A stretch of 64,000 nucleotides of DNA from Candidatus Omnitrophota bacterium (GTDB lineage Bacteria > CAIJMQ01), in contig JAHJCU010000004.1 of assembly GCA_018812925.1 (NCBI GenBank), positions 244,289-308,288 on the forward strand, written 5' to 3'. Positions within the stretch are counted from its first letter, which is position 1. Every line of letters begins with the position of its first letter. This document shows positions 47,868-59,036 of the stretch, in pieces. The translations under genes were made by a program, and so were the position numbers. Below the pieces are notes generated by a model. That model did not search any database, was not told the origin of the DNA, and was given only the letters and a program-made list of their open reading frames with translations.

Positions 47868-48536
47868 ATGAAAAAGAACACTATTATCACGATTGACGGG
47901 CCTGCTGGAGCGGGAAAGACAACTATTGCAAAAGAGGTTGCAAAACGCTTAGGATTTTTATATTTAGATACGGGAGCGATGTATAGGGCGCTCACTTTGA
48001 AGGCGCTAACAGAAGGTATAACGGTTGAAGAGGAAGAGAAACTTGTGGAAATGGTGAAGGAAACTATTTTAATAGCGAAGAAAGATGATAAGAAGGGAAT
48101 GAGGATATGGGTGGACGGAGAAGAAGTGACTGACAAGATACGAACCGAAGAGGTAACGAATAACATCTGGTGGGTGTGTAGAGTAAAAGATGTGCGGAAG
48201 AAGATGAAGAAGCTTCAGAGGGAAATCGGTTCAAGTGGCGGAATTGTTGTGGAAGGCAGAGATATCGGCACGGTTGTATTCCCCAAGGCACCTTTCAAAT
48301 TTTATCTGGATGCTTCTATTGATGAGCGGGCAAAAAGAAGATGGCTTGAACAAACTAATAAAGGAATACAAAGCGACCTTGAAAAAATTAAGCAGGATAT
48401 AAAAGAAAGAGATAATAAAGATTTCACAAGAGAAATTGCGCCCTTAAAAAAAGCAGAAGATGCTATTTCGGTGGATACGACGGGGCTCTCTATCGAAGAT
48501 GTAGTAGGGAAAATTATCGAGCAAGTAAGTCAATGA
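47868..48536 (+). CDS. cmk: Cytidylate kinase
   Basis: ITIDGPAGAGKTT P-loop and overall Cmk pattern. Confidence 0.9.
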   Translation: MKKNTIITIDGPAGAGKTTIAKEVAKRLGFLYLDTGAMYRALTLKALTEGITVEEEEKLVEMVKETILIAKKDDKKGMRIWVDGEEVTDKIRTEEVTNNIWWVCRVKDVRKKMKKLQREIGSSGGIVVEGRDIGTVVFPKAPFKFYLDASIDERAKRRWLEQTNKGIQSDLEKIKQDIKERDNKDFTREIAPLKKAEDAISVDTTGLSIEDVVGKIIEQVSQ

Positions 48537-48549
48537 CAATCAAAAAAAC

Positions 48550-48632
48550 GGTTATCGTAAAGATAAAACGGTTTGCGGTTTGCGTTAAAAATTATTTACG
48601 AAAACCGATAACCTATAACCGAAAACCGATTT
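48550..48632. repeat. Family E repeat (aaacggttatcgtaaagataaaacggtttgcggtttgcgttaaaaattatttacgaaaaccgataacctataaccgaaaaccg)
   Basis: Copies at 50027-50110, 50505-50550 (partial) and 53640-53755 (reverse orientation). Confidence 0.75.
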
Positions 48633-48639
48633 ATTTAAA

Positions 48640-50022
48640 ATGTTAAATAAATCTGATACTATCGCCGCTATCTCCACCCCTCTCGGCGAGGGCGGAATCG
48701 GTATCGTCAGATTATCGGGGAAGAAGGCGCTGACAATTGCGGATAAGTTATTTAAAGGCAGAAACGGCGCCACCCCTTCAAAACTTCCTTCATATACTAT
48801 TCATTACGGTCATATCATAAGAAACAAAGAAATCTTAGATGAGGTTATCCTCTCTATTATGAGAAAGCCGAAGAGTTATACCAGAGAGGATGTTGTTGAG
48901 ATAAATTGTCACGGGGGAATACTTCCACTTAGAAAAACGCTTGAAGCAGTCCTTGAATGCGGGGCGAGGTTGGCTGAACCGGGTGAATTTACCAAGAGGG
49001 CATTTTTAAACGGAAGGATAGATCTAACTCAAGCCGAAGCGGTTATAAATATCGTTGAAGCGAAAACAGAACTTGCGCTTAAGTCGGCAATATCGCAATT
49101 AAAAGGCGCATTTTCTAAAAAGGTACAAGAACTTAAAGACGAAACTTTAGAATTATTAACTTTGTTCGAAGCTGAATTGGATTTTCCCGAAGAGGATATT
49201 GAAAAAACAAAACGGAACAAACTAATAGAGAGGATTAAACGGATAACATCCGAAACTGATAAATTGTTAAGACAAAGCAGGGAAGGTGAAATTCTGCGTG
49301 ACGGCTTGTTGGTGCTTTTAATCGGCAAAGCAAATGTCGGCAAATCCACTTTCTTAAACCGCTTGGTAGGAAAAGAACGGGCAATAGTCACACATATACC
49401 AGGCACTACGCGGGATATTATTGAGGAATGGATTAATATCGAAGGCATACCCGTAAAAATAGTTGATACTGCAGGATTTAAAAAAATAGAAAATATAATT
49501 GATAAAAAGGCGCAAGAGAAAGTTGAAGAAAAACTGGCAGATGCAAACCTTGTTCTGTTTATGGTTGACGGAACAAAATCGTTATCAAGCCAAGATAAAG
49601 AAATTGCAAAGATTATAAAAGATAAAAAGATGCTGTGTCTGATAAATAAAGTTGACCTACCTGAAAAGATATCTAAAAATAAGCTCAAAAGTTTAATAGG
49701 CAATAAGAAGGTTCTTGAAATATCGGCGCTGAAAGGAAAAGGCATTAATGCGATTAAGAAGTTTATAAGGGATAGCGTGTTTGCAGGCGGGGTGTCAGCC
49801 GGCGAAAGCACTATTATGGTAAACGCCAGAAGCAGAGAATCTTTGAAAGACGCATATAACGGACTTCTTAAGGGTTTTGATGCGATAACAGAAGGTTTAA
49901 GTGAAGAATTTATTGCTGTTGACTTGAAAGAATCGCTGAATTCGTTTAAAAAGATTTTAGGCGAAACACTGGAAGAAGATATACTGGACAGAATTTTTCA
50001 AAAGTTTTGTATAGGAAAATAA
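48640..50022 (+). CDS. mnmE: tRNA modification GTPase MnmE (TrmE)
   Basis: G-domain GKANVGKST. C-terminal CIGK tetrapeptide. N-terminal THF-binding domain. Confidence 0.9.
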   Translation: MLNKSDTIAAISTPLGEGGIGIVRLSGKKALTIADKLFKGRNGATPSKLPSYTIHYGHIIRNKEILDEVILSIMRKPKSYTREDVVEINCHGGILPLRKTLEAVLECGARLAEPGEFTKRAFLNGRIDLTQAEAVINIVEAKTELALKSAISQLKGAFSKKVQELKDETLELLTLFEAELDFPEEDIEKTKRNKLIERIKRITSETDKLLRQSREGEILRDGLLVLLIGKANVGKSTFLNRLVGKERAIVTHIPGTTRDIIEEWINIEGIPVKIVDTAGFKKIENIIDKKAQEKVEEKLADANLVLFMVDGTKSLSSQDKEIAKIIKDKKMLCLINKVDLPEKISKNKLKSLIGNKKVLEISALKGKGINAIKKFIRDSVFAGGVSAGESTIMVNARSRESLKDAYNGLLKGFDAITEGLSEEFIAVDLKESLNSFKKILGETLEEDILDRIFQKFCIGK

Positions 50023-50026
50023 CTAA

Positions 50027-50110
50027 AAATCGGTTATCGTAAAGATAAAACGGTTTGCGATTTGCGTTAAAGATTATTTGCGAAAATCGATAACCTATAA
50101 CCGTCTTTTG
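50027..50110. repeat. Family E repeat, copy 2
   Basis: About 90% identical by eye to 48550-48632. Confidence 0.75.
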
Positions 50111-50130
50111 TTTTTGCGAATTATAAAGAC

Positions 50131-50493
50131 ATGAATATTATAAAAAGTTATAAAGATTTAGAAGTATGGAAGAAAGGCATTGAGTTGGTAAAAAAAGTTT
50201 ATCTCATCACAAAGAAATTTCCTAAGGAAGAAGTATATGGATTGACTAATCAGATGCGAAGAGCGGCGGTGTCTATTCCTTCAAATATTGCTGAAGGAAA
50301 AATGAGACAACATACTAATGAATATGTTCAATTCTTGTATATAGCACTTGGTTCTTGTGGGGAGTTAGATACCCAGTTGATTATTTCCGAACAATTGGGA
50401 TATATTTCTAAACAAGATGCATTAAGTTTTGCTGATGAAAGCGATCATATTTCACGAATGATAAGGAATCTCATTAAAACCATAAGAAAATGA
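50131..50493 (+). CDS. Four-helix-bundle protein (TIGR02436; 23S rRNA intervening-sequence protein family)
   Basis: YKDLEVWKK...A..L...I...T..FPKEE.YGLT.Q.RRAA.SI..NIAEG is the family consensus. 120 aa. Confidence 0.85.
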   Translation: MNIIKSYKDLEVWKKGIELVKKVYLITKKFPKEEVYGLTNQMRRAAVSIPSNIAEGKMRQHTNEYVQFLYIALGSCGELDTQLIISEQLGYISKQDALSFADESDHISRMIRNLIKTIRK

Positions 50494-50504
50494 ATCATTT
50501 ATTA

Positions 50505-50550
50505 TTGTTTTTGCGAAAACCGAACACCTATAACCGATAACCGTTATTTA
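50505..50550. repeat. Family E repeat, partial copy 3 (tttttgcgaaaaccgaacacctataaccgataaccg)
   Basis: Matches the 3-prime half of the family E element. Confidence 0.6.
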
Positions 50551-50556
50551 GAAGAT

Positions 50557-51165
50557 ATGAATATACTTTACGCTTTTGCGCATATTATACTTAATCCCAT
50601 TTTCAAGATTCTTTTCAGATGGGACATAAAAGGTAAAGATAACATTCCAAAAAGAGGCGGTGTTATTTTGGCGGCGCATCATGAAAGTTATCTTGACCCT
50701 ATGCTAGTAGGTACCGCCTCACCTCGACAGATTTATTTCTTGGCAAGGAAAGAATTGTTTCAACTCGGTTGTTTCTCGTGGCTTATAAAAAGACTGAACA
50801 CTATACCTATTTCAAGAGAACAGCTGCAAATCGGCACATTGAAAAAATCACTTCAGATTCTAAAGGAAGGTAAAGTCTTGCTCCTTTTTCCCGAAGGGAC
50901 AAGAAGCCCGGCAGGCACAATATCGGAAGGCGAAAAAGGAGTCGGGCTTATTGCCTCCAAGTCAAATGTTGCGGTAATACCTGTTTTAATAAAGGGTAGC
51001 GGCTATGCATTAACCAGAGATACGAATCGAATTACTCCTCATAAAATTTCTGTTGTATTCGGAAAACCGTTATATTTTGAAAACTTGGATAGTGAATCAA
51101 AGAAGGACGCTTATCAGGAATTTACCGATAGAGTTATGGAGGAAATGAGAAAGTTAGCCCCCTAA
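50557..51165 (+). CDS. plsC: 1-acyl-sn-glycerol-3-phosphate acyltransferase
   Basis: HESYLD (HxxxxD) and FPEGTRS motifs. Confidence 0.85.
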   Translation: MNILYAFAHIILNPIFKILFRWDIKGKDNIPKRGGVILAAHHESYLDPMLVGTASPRQIYFLARKELFQLGCFSWLIKRLNTIPISREQLQIGTLKKSLQILKEGKVLLLFPEGTRSPAGTISEGEKGVGLIASKSNVAVIPVLIKGSGYALTRDTNRITPHKISVVFGKPLYFENLDSESKKDAYQEFTDRVMEEMRKLAP

Positions 51166-51198
51166 GAAAAATTGTTGTTATAAAAAATAAAATCGGGA

Positions 51199-52083
51199 TT
51201 AGTGAATTTTAACTTTTAACAACCTGCTTAATTCTATAACAAGCGGCGAAGCGATATAAATACTGGAATATGTTCCCACCACTATTCCTACCGCTAAAGC
51301 AAAAGCAAAATCTTTTATTACCGGACCGCCTAAAAATAATAATGCAAGAACAGGAACAAGTGTGGTGCCGGAGGTAATTATTGTCCTTGGAAGCGTTTGA
51401 TTTATAGAAGCGTTGATTGTTTCCGGGATATGTTTATGGCGCGAAAGTTTCATGTTTTCTCTTATTCTGTCGAAGACTACTATTGTATCGTTTAAGGAAT
51501 ATCCCACAATCGTCAAAAGCGCGGCAACAACCGAAAGTGAAATTTCTTTTCTTGCAAGCGAAAATATGCCGACCGTAAACAACACATCATGGAAAAGACA
51601 TATAACAGCGGCAAATCCGAAAGTGAATTTAAATCTCCAAGCTGTATATATAAGAATACCGATTAGAGCAAAAAACACGGCGATAAGCGCTTGTCTTTTC
51701 ATTAAGTTGCCGACTACAGGACCTATTGTGATTTCTTCCTCCACTAGAGGAATAAAAGACACGAACTTACTATTAATAACTGTCTGAATTTCTTTTCTTG
51801 TTTCGCCGGCTGTCTTTATAAGGACTCCCTTTCCTGCGTTGTATGATTGAATAGTGCTTTTGGCAAGACCCGCTTCCGCCAAAGCATTCCTCACATCACC
51901 CGTATTTACCGATTCTGAAAACTTGTATCTGACAAGAGTGCCGCCTGTAAAATCAATCCCGAAATTAGCAGGACCTCTTAAGAAAAAACTTATCAGTCCG
52001 ATAAGGACTAAACTTGAAGACGCAATAAACGCAATCTTCCTGTATTTCATAAAATCTATATTTGTGTCTTTTATAAATCGCAT
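51199..52083 (-). CDS. secF: Protein translocase subunit SecF
   Basis: 6-TM SecF pattern, periplasmic loop, C-terminal SSD-like bundle. Confidence 0.9.
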   Translation of the reverse strand: MRFIKDTNIDFMKYRKIAFIASSSLVLIGLISFFLRGPANFGIDFTGGTLVRYKFSESVNTGDVRNALAEAGLAKSTIQSYNAGKGVLIKTAGETRKEIQTVINSKFVSFIPLVEEEITIGPVVGNLMKRQALIAVFFALIGILIYTAWRFKFTFGFAAVICLFHDVLFTVGIFSLARKEISLSVVAALLTIVGYSLNDTIVVFDRIRENMKLSRHKHIPETINASINQTLPRTIITSGTTLVPVLALLFLGGPVIKDFAFALAVGIVVGTYSSIYIASPLVIELSRLLKVKIH

Positions 52084-52186
52084 ATTTAACTACCTCAAAT
52101 CCAGATTCCAGATGCTTGATACCAGATTCTTGTTAATAAATTTTATCCTTCTGTTTTTGCTAGTATCCGGTATCTAGCATCAAGTA

Positions 52187-53638
52187 TCATATGCTCAATC
52201 TCTTTACTTTCCTTACATATATTAAATAGTCAAAAATTAGTTTGGTAACAACTAAAGCTGTAAACATGCTCGCAACTATCCCGATAGATAAAACAACCGC
52301 AAAACCTTTTATAGGGCCGGTTCCGAAATAGAACAGAACTAAAGCCGAAATAAGTGTAGTAATATTTGCATCAATAATGGTAATAAGCGCTTTGCTGTAA
52401 CCGGAATCCACTGCAGCTCTAATTGTCTTGTTTTGGGCAAGTTCTTCTCTTATCCTTTCAAATACCAGAACATTGGCGTCCACGCTCATGCCTATGGTCA
52501 AAACCAAACCTGCTATTCCTGGAAGAGTTAAAGTAGCGCGAAGACTCGCTAATGCTCCCAATATTAAAAGCAGACACAGACAAAGGGCAAAATTCGCAAT
52601 CACCCCGGAAAAAGCGTAGTAGATAGACATAAACAAAACCACCAGTATAATTCCCAGAAGAGCAGCTCTAAAGCCCTGTCTTATGGAATCTTCACCAAGC
52701 GTAGGACCCACCTTCATAATAGATAAAACTTCTATTGGAACAGGCAAAGCGCCTGCTCTCAATATGGAAGCCAAAGTACTTGCCTCTTCCATATCAAAAT
52801 TTCCGCTAATCCGCGCACTACCACCTGAAATTTTCTCGCTTATATTGGGAGCGGAATGCACTTTGCCGTCAAGAAGAATAGCTAATCTCCTATTTACGTT
52901 TTCGCCAGTCAACCTTGAGAAAATCCTTGCTCCGATTGTGTTGAATTGTAAACTTACTTCCGGCATACCTAAATTTCCAAAACCAACGAATGCGTTTGTA
53001 AGATATTCACCGCCAAGAGATGCTTCTTTACGTAACAACAATGCTTCCGTTTCACCATTTTCCTTGGTTAGATATTTAAGTTCTAAATTTGAAGGGATTT
53101 CTCCTTTTTTTGCTTTTTCTATTAAATCCGAATTATCGTTCACATCGGCTTCGACGAGTTTAAATTCCAAATAGGCAATTCTACTGACCACTTCCAAAGC
53201 TTTATCCGTATCAACCACTCCGGGAAGTTGAACAACAATTTGGTCTGCGCCTTGCTTTTGTATTTGCGGCTCGGAAACTCCAAACTCGTCTATCCTGTTT
53301 TTGATAATTTCTAAAGTTCTGTCAACCGCTTTGTTCCTTCTGGTTTTCTGCACCTGAAGAATTTCTTGTATAAGTTTCCCTTTATTTTTGTTGTTGGAGT
53401 CGATGCCCATTTTTCCTGATATCTTCTGTATTTCTTCAGGAGTGTTTGTTTCCAATACATCTTGCGTCATATTCATCATAGGGTCTAAATCAAGTTTCGC
53501 ACCCAAGACCAGATGTATTCCACCCTTAAGGTCAAGTCCTCTGTTGATTTTTGTTTGAGGCGGATACATGCTCCAGAAAGCAAGACCGACAACAATGACC
53601 ACTAATATGAGCCGATAGTTTAAACTTCTTGTATTCAT
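52187..53638 (-). CDS. secD: Protein translocase subunit SecD
   Basis: Large periplasmic domain then 5 C-terminal TM segments. Adjacent to secF. Confidence 0.9.
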   Translation of the reverse strand: MNTRSLNYRLILVVIVVGLAFWSMYPPQTKINRGLDLKGGIHLVLGAKLDLDPMMNMTQDVLETNTPEEIQKISGKMGIDSNNKNKGKLIQEILQVQKTRRNKAVDRTLEIIKNRIDEFGVSEPQIQKQGADQIVVQLPGVVDTDKALEVVSRIAYLEFKLVEADVNDNSDLIEKAKKGEIPSNLELKYLTKENGETEALLLRKEASLGGEYLTNAFVGFGNLGMPEVSLQFNTIGARIFSRLTGENVNRRLAILLDGKVHSAPNISEKISGGSARISGNFDMEEASTLASILRAGALPVPIEVLSIMKVGPTLGEDSIRQGFRAALLGIILVVLFMSIYYAFSGVIANFALCLCLLLILGALASLRATLTLPGIAGLVLTIGMSVDANVLVFERIREELAQNKTIRAAVDSGYSKALITIIDANITTLISALVLFYFGTGPIKGFAVVLSIGIVASMFTALVVTKLIFDYLIYVRKVKRLSI

Positions 53639-53639
53639 T

Positions 53640-53755
53640 GTTTTTCTAAAATCAGGTTTTCGGGGATCGGTGTTCGGTTTTCGTTAAAAAACGTTTTTCT
53701 TTTCACGCTAACCGTAAACCGTTTTATCTTTACGATAACCGTTTTTTACTGTTCT
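53640..53755. repeat. Family E repeat, reverse-orientation copy in the yajC-secD spacer
   Basis: Reverse complement reads aaacggttatcgtaaagataaaacggtttacggttagcgtgaaaag...cgaaaaccgaacaccgatcccc. Confidence 0.7.
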
Positions 53756-54066
53756 TTTGCTTTATTACCAATAGCATTTTTCAAAATATCTATTTCCACG
53801 CCTTTTGCTATTTCAATGACAAATTTATTTTCTTTTATATCAACTATTTTACCGTAGATGCCGCCATTTGTTATAACTTTGTCCCCTCTTTTTAAAGCTT
53901 CCAGCATTGTCTTATGCTCTTTATCTTTCTTACGTTGCGGCATAATAATCAGAAAATAAAATATGCCGAAGATAAGAATAAAAGGAAGAAAAGCAGTAAG
54001 AGAATTACCACCACCGGCTGTTCCACCAGCACCTGAAGCCATTGCATATAAATTTTCCATATTCAA
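53746..54066 (-). CDS. yajC: Preprotein translocase subunit YajC
   Basis: Single TM plus VITNGGIYGKIVDI...EIAKGVEI motif. Confidence 0.85.
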   Translation of the reverse strand: MNMENLYAMASGAGGTAGGGNSLTAFLPFILIFGIFYFLIIMPQRKKDKEHKTMLEALKRGDKVITNGGIYGKIVDIKENKFVIEIAKGVEIDILKNAIGNKAKEQ

Positions 54067-54133
54067 ACCCCCCTTTAATTAAAATTAAAAATCGAAAACA
54101 TCTATCAAAATATGTAAAATTTTACTATTTACA

Positions 54134-55258
<1,125 letters not shown>

Positions 55259-55329
55259 TCATTATAAACGAGTAAAAGAAGGGTTACAAGAAACAACCTT
55301 TGAATGTATCAGGAGTTCTTTGGTTAATT

Positions 55330-55914
55330 CTATTTCTTTGTTATTTGTTCAGCAAGTTCAGCAAGACGATATTCAATTCCCAGAAGTTTTTCGCGGGTGT
55401 TAAGTTCGGAGCGCACTATAACGGCTTGAAGCATCGCCACTGCTACAGCTACCTCACCAAAAAGTAGAAGAGCAAGCATCTGAACACCCATCAACCGATC
55501 TAATAATCCCCCTGAGATAACAAAAACTAAAATTGCTAATATTCCGAGGACAACCAAATCAAGTCCTGCTCGAGACAAGTAATCTTTCTTCAAATTAATA
55601 GTGCCTTTTTTGAGTATTCTGCCCTCAACTATGACAGTAATTAAACCGAAAACGGCACCCATTGCGCATATAAACCGACCCTGGAAGGGGAATCCCTTTT
55701 CAAGTATTGGCACAATTATCGCAAAAGCGCCAAAAAAAATAGTTAAGACCAAACCTGTAATTAGTCCTATTATATGAGGCAATTTTATGATACCTGTAAG
55801 TTTCCGTTCAATCATTGCTTGTACCTCCTTTTCGTATTTTTCTTTATAAGACAGATTAAATTGTTCGCTTTCTAATAGTTGGTCGCGGAAAGACTGGTAA
55901 GCGTTACTGTTCAT
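55330..55914 (-). CDS. Polytopic membrane protein, candidate anti-sigma factor (overlaps the sigma gene stop by 11 nt)
   Basis: Cytoplasmic N-terminal about 50 aa, then 4 TM segments. Translationally coupled to the ECF sigma gene. Confidence 0.4.
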   Translation of the reverse strand: MNSNAYQSFRDQLLESEQFNLSYKEKYEKEVQAMIERKLTGIIKLPHIIGLITGLVLTIFFGAFAIIVPILEKGFPFQGRFICAMGAVFGLITVIVEGRILKKGTINLKKDYLSRAGLDLVVLGILAILVFVISGGLLDRLMGVQMLALLLFGEVAVAVAMLQAVIVRSELNTREKLLGIEYRLAELAEQITKK

Positions 55915-56464
55915 TTCTCCCCTCCTTCTCTAATACAGTTCTAAGAGCACTTTTAGCATAATGGAGCCGTGATTTTACTGTTCCCATGGGAACTTCCAAA
56001 ACCTCTGCAATTTCTTCCAAGGAAAGGTCTTGTAGAAAGTAAAGCGTCAAAACATCCCTATGAGGTAAAGATATCCGGCTTAGTCCATAGTGAACCTGCT
56101 CTGCATCTTCAAAATGAAAATGTTCATTGTTCTCATCAATATAAGAAGTATTTTCATTCTCGTTAATTAAAACGAGTTTTGAATGTTGAGTTCTAAAGTG
56201 ACTCATAGCTGTATTTCGAGCAATTCTATATAACCATGGGGGTAAACTCCGTGGTTCACGCAACGATTTGATACCTCGAATGACTTTTAACCACACCTCT
56301 TGGAGAATATCCCAGGCATCTTGTTCGTTATCTACAAGTCTACGCACATAATAGAAAAGGCGCCTTTCCCAATTCCGAATCAATTCTTCCAAAGCATTCT
56401 TTTCTCCTCGCCTACAACGCAAGACAAGAAGTTCATAATAAATAGCTTCTTTTTCAGTTATCAT
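55904..56464 (-). CDS. ECF-type RNA polymerase sigma-70 factor
   Basis: Region 2 (DAWDILQEVWLKV) and region 4 HTH (LSLEEIAEVLEVPMGTVKSRLHYA). Confidence 0.85.
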   Translation of the reverse strand: MITEKEAIYYELLVLRCRRGEKNALEELIRNWERRLFYYVRRLVDNEQDAWDILQEVWLKVIRGIKSLREPRSLPPWLYRIARNTAMSHFRTQHSKLVLINENENTSYIDENNEHFHFEDAEQVHYGLSRISLPHRDVLTLYFLQDLSLEEIAEVLEVPMGTVKSRLHYAKSALRTVLEKEGRNEQ

Positions 56465-56620
56465 TATTTGGCTCTTTTATTATTATAGACGCAGAAAGAT
56501 ATGATTTGGTTCAATCCCTTTTAATTGATTTAATGAAGGAATCATAAGTCAAAAAAATTGTTGGGGATTTTACCATACACTATAAACCGTCAACTATAGA
56601 CTATCAACTATAAACTATCT

Positions 56621-57868
56621 TTAATACGGCGGGAATTTTTTGCACAGAGCTTTCACTTCTTCTCTGATTTGCTCAAGTTTTTTGTCGTCATTTCTGTTTG
56701 TTAACGCGCTATGAATAAATGAAACAATAAGTTCAATTTCTTTTTCACCCATACCTTGAGTCGTTACTGAAGGTGTTCCCAACCTGATTCCGGAAGTTAA
56801 TTTTGCCGATAGCGGGTCAAAGGGTATGGTATTCTTATTTATACATATATTAGCTTTTTTCAATATTTCTACTGTATCTTTACCGGTTATACCCTGAGGC
56901 CTTAAATCTACCAAAACAAGATGTGTATCCGTACCATCGGACACCAATCTGTAACCTAATTTTTTAAGAGAATCCGCCAATACTTTGGCATTGGCAATAA
57001 CTTTTTCCTGATATTTTTTAAATTCGTTAGTAGATGCCAAATGAAGAGCAATCGCCTTGGCCGCAATAACGTGCATAAGAGGACCGCCCTGAATTCCGGG
57101 AAAAACGGTAGAATCCACCTGTTTTGCAAATTTATTCTTGCACATTACGATACCTCCGCGAGGTCCCCTTAATGTTTTATGAGTAGTTGTCGTTGTAAAA
57201 TCCGTAAATGGATGCGGTGAAGGATGAAGCCCCGCCACAACCAATCCGGCAATATGCGCGATGTCGGCTAAAAGATATGCCTCCGTCCTTGACGCAATTT
57301 CCGAAAAAGTTTTAAAATCCACTTTTCTGGGATATGCAGTATAACCACATACAATCAATTTGGGCTTATGTTTTTTTGCCAGGTCTTCAACAATATTAAA
57401 ATCGATTGTTTCTGTTTTTTTATCTACACCATAAAAATAAGGTTTAAAAAACTTTCCTGAAAAATTTACACTGCTTCCGTGAGTAAGATGTCCGCCGGCA
57501 CGCAAATCCATAGCAAGAAACGCATCTCCGACTTTAAGAGTCGAAAAATAAACAGACATATTTGCCTGAGAACCAGAGTGCGGTTGGACATTGGCATATT
57601 CGCAATTGAACAGTTCTTTCGTTCTTTCAATCGCTATTTTTTCTACCTGGTCGATAAATTGACAACCACCGTAGTATCGGGCAAAAGAATAACCTTCAGC
57701 ATATTTATTCGTCAGAACAGAACCCTGCGCAGATAGCACAGGTAAGGAAGCAAAATTTTCAGACGCTATTAAGTTTATTGTCTCCTCCTCGCGTTCTACT
57801 TCTTTTTGAATCCACTTAAAAACTTCAGGGTCAGCAGTTTTTATGTCTTCATAATTCATTCTTTCCAT
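56621..57868 (-). CDS. glyA: Serine hydroxymethyltransferase
   Basis: PLP-lysine region TTTTHKTLRGPRGG. N-terminal LIASENF. Confidence 0.95.
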   Translation of the reverse strand: MERMNYEDIKTADPEVFKWIQKEVEREEETINLIASENFASLPVLSAQGSVLTNKYAEGYSFARYYGGCQFIDQVEKIAIERTKELFNCEYANVQPHSGSQANMSVYFSTLKVGDAFLAMDLRAGGHLTHGSSVNFSGKFFKPYFYGVDKKTETIDFNIVEDLAKKHKPKLIVCGYTAYPRKVDFKTFSEIASRTEAYLLADIAHIAGLVVAGLHPSPHPFTDFTTTTTHKTLRGPRGGIVMCKNKFAKQVDSTVFPGIQGGPLMHVIAAKAIALHLASTNEFKKYQEKVIANAKVLADSLKKLGYRLVSDGTDTHLVLVDLRPQGITGKDTVEILKKANICINKNTIPFDPLSAKLTSGIRLGTPSVTTQGMGEKEIELIVSFIHSALTNRNDDKKLEQIREEVKALCKKFPPY

Positions 57869-58899
57869 AAGAAGGGACCTCCTTCACTTTTCTTTGTTGA
57901 TGAGATTGTGGATGCTTCTTTAAAATCCTGTATTGATTCAAGCATGGCTGTATCACCGACAATAATTACTTTGAGTTTGTTGTTGTATTTGGGCAGGGCA
58001 AAAGCTCCAAAAGTAATATAGGCATCGGAATGAACTCTGTGATTAATCATCTCTACGACCTGACTTACTTCTCTAAAGTTTAAATCTTCTCCGCCCATAA
58101 CACTTATTAAAACTCTTTTGAGTTTTCTAACACTGTTTTTCTCAAGCCACGGTGAATTAACTGCCAAATCTACGGCAGATAAAACTCTATTCTCACCTTC
58201 TGCTTCGCCGATAGCCAAAAGAACTTCCCTTCCGCCTTCTATGACTTTTCTAAATGCCGCCATATCCATATTTACTATCCCGGGATTTATTAAATGAGAA
58301 GAAAGACTCTCGATAAGCTCTGCAAAAACATGGTTTGCCTTTTCGAAACTTTCGGTCAAGGATAAATTTTCCGTAAAATTTGCAAATAATTTGTCATTCT
58401 CGATTGCAATTACAGCGTCTACACTTCTTTTCAACTCTTCTTTGCCTCTTATAGCTTTCATCTTTTTCTTTTTCCCTTCAAAAGAAAAAGGAAGCGATAT
58501 AACGGCAATAGTCATTATTCCCAATCCGCTTGCAATTTCCGAAATAACAGGAGCAGCGCCGGTTCCGGTGCCTCCGCCCATACCCGCTACGATGAACACA
58601 AGATGAGCTCCTTTTAACACCTGCACAATTTCTTCCCTTTGTTCTTCACAAGCTCTTTTTGCAGCATCTAAATTGCCGCCTGTTCCCTCGCCTTTAGTTG
58701 TATATGTTCCCAATTCTATTTTTATAGGAGCCAATGAGGCCTTCAGAGCTTGAGAATCCGTATTGATATTAATGAATTCTATACCCGAAAAAGTATCTCT
58801 TGCCGCTAAATTTACGATATTGCCCCCGGCTCCGCCTACGCCGAAAACTTTGATACTTAAAGCGGATTTGCCGTTTATTTTATTATCTATTTTAAACAT
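57856..58899 (-). CDS. ftsZ: Cell division protein FtsZ (short form, 347 aa)
   Basis: GGGTGTGAAPVI tubulin signature, GVGGAGGN. Confidence 0.9.
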   Translation of the reverse strand: MFKIDNKINGKSALSIKVFGVGGAGGNIVNLAARDTFSGIEFININTDSQALKASLAPIKIELGTYTTKGEGTGGNLDAAKRACEEQREEIVQVLKGAHLVFIVAGMGGGTGTGAAPVISEIASGLGIMTIAVISLPFSFEGKKKKMKAIRGKEELKRSVDAVIAIENDKLFANFTENLSLTESFEKANHVFAELIESLSSHLINPGIVNMDMAAFRKVIEGGREVLLAIGEAEGENRVLSAVDLAVNSPWLEKNSVRKLKRVLISVMGGEDLNFREVSQVVEMINHRVHSDAYITFGAFALPKYNNKLKVIIVGDTAMLESIQDFKEASTISSTKKSEGGPFLWKE

Positions 58900-59036
58900 A
58901 TTTTTATTCCCAACTTATCTTATTTACTGAACCCCGCCTCGTAAAACATCGGAAAAATTTCTTCCCCGCCTGCCAATCTTTTGCAGGCAGAGATATTTTT
59001 CCGATACTCTGTGGGGTAATCGAAACTACATTTCGA

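Noticed and set aside
49029-49811. 260-aa minus-strand ORF
   Set aside because: Antisense inside mnmE (strong family match on plus). The product is S/F/I-rich low complexity without motifs.
52683-53174. 163-aa plus-strand ORF
   Set aside because: Antisense within secD.
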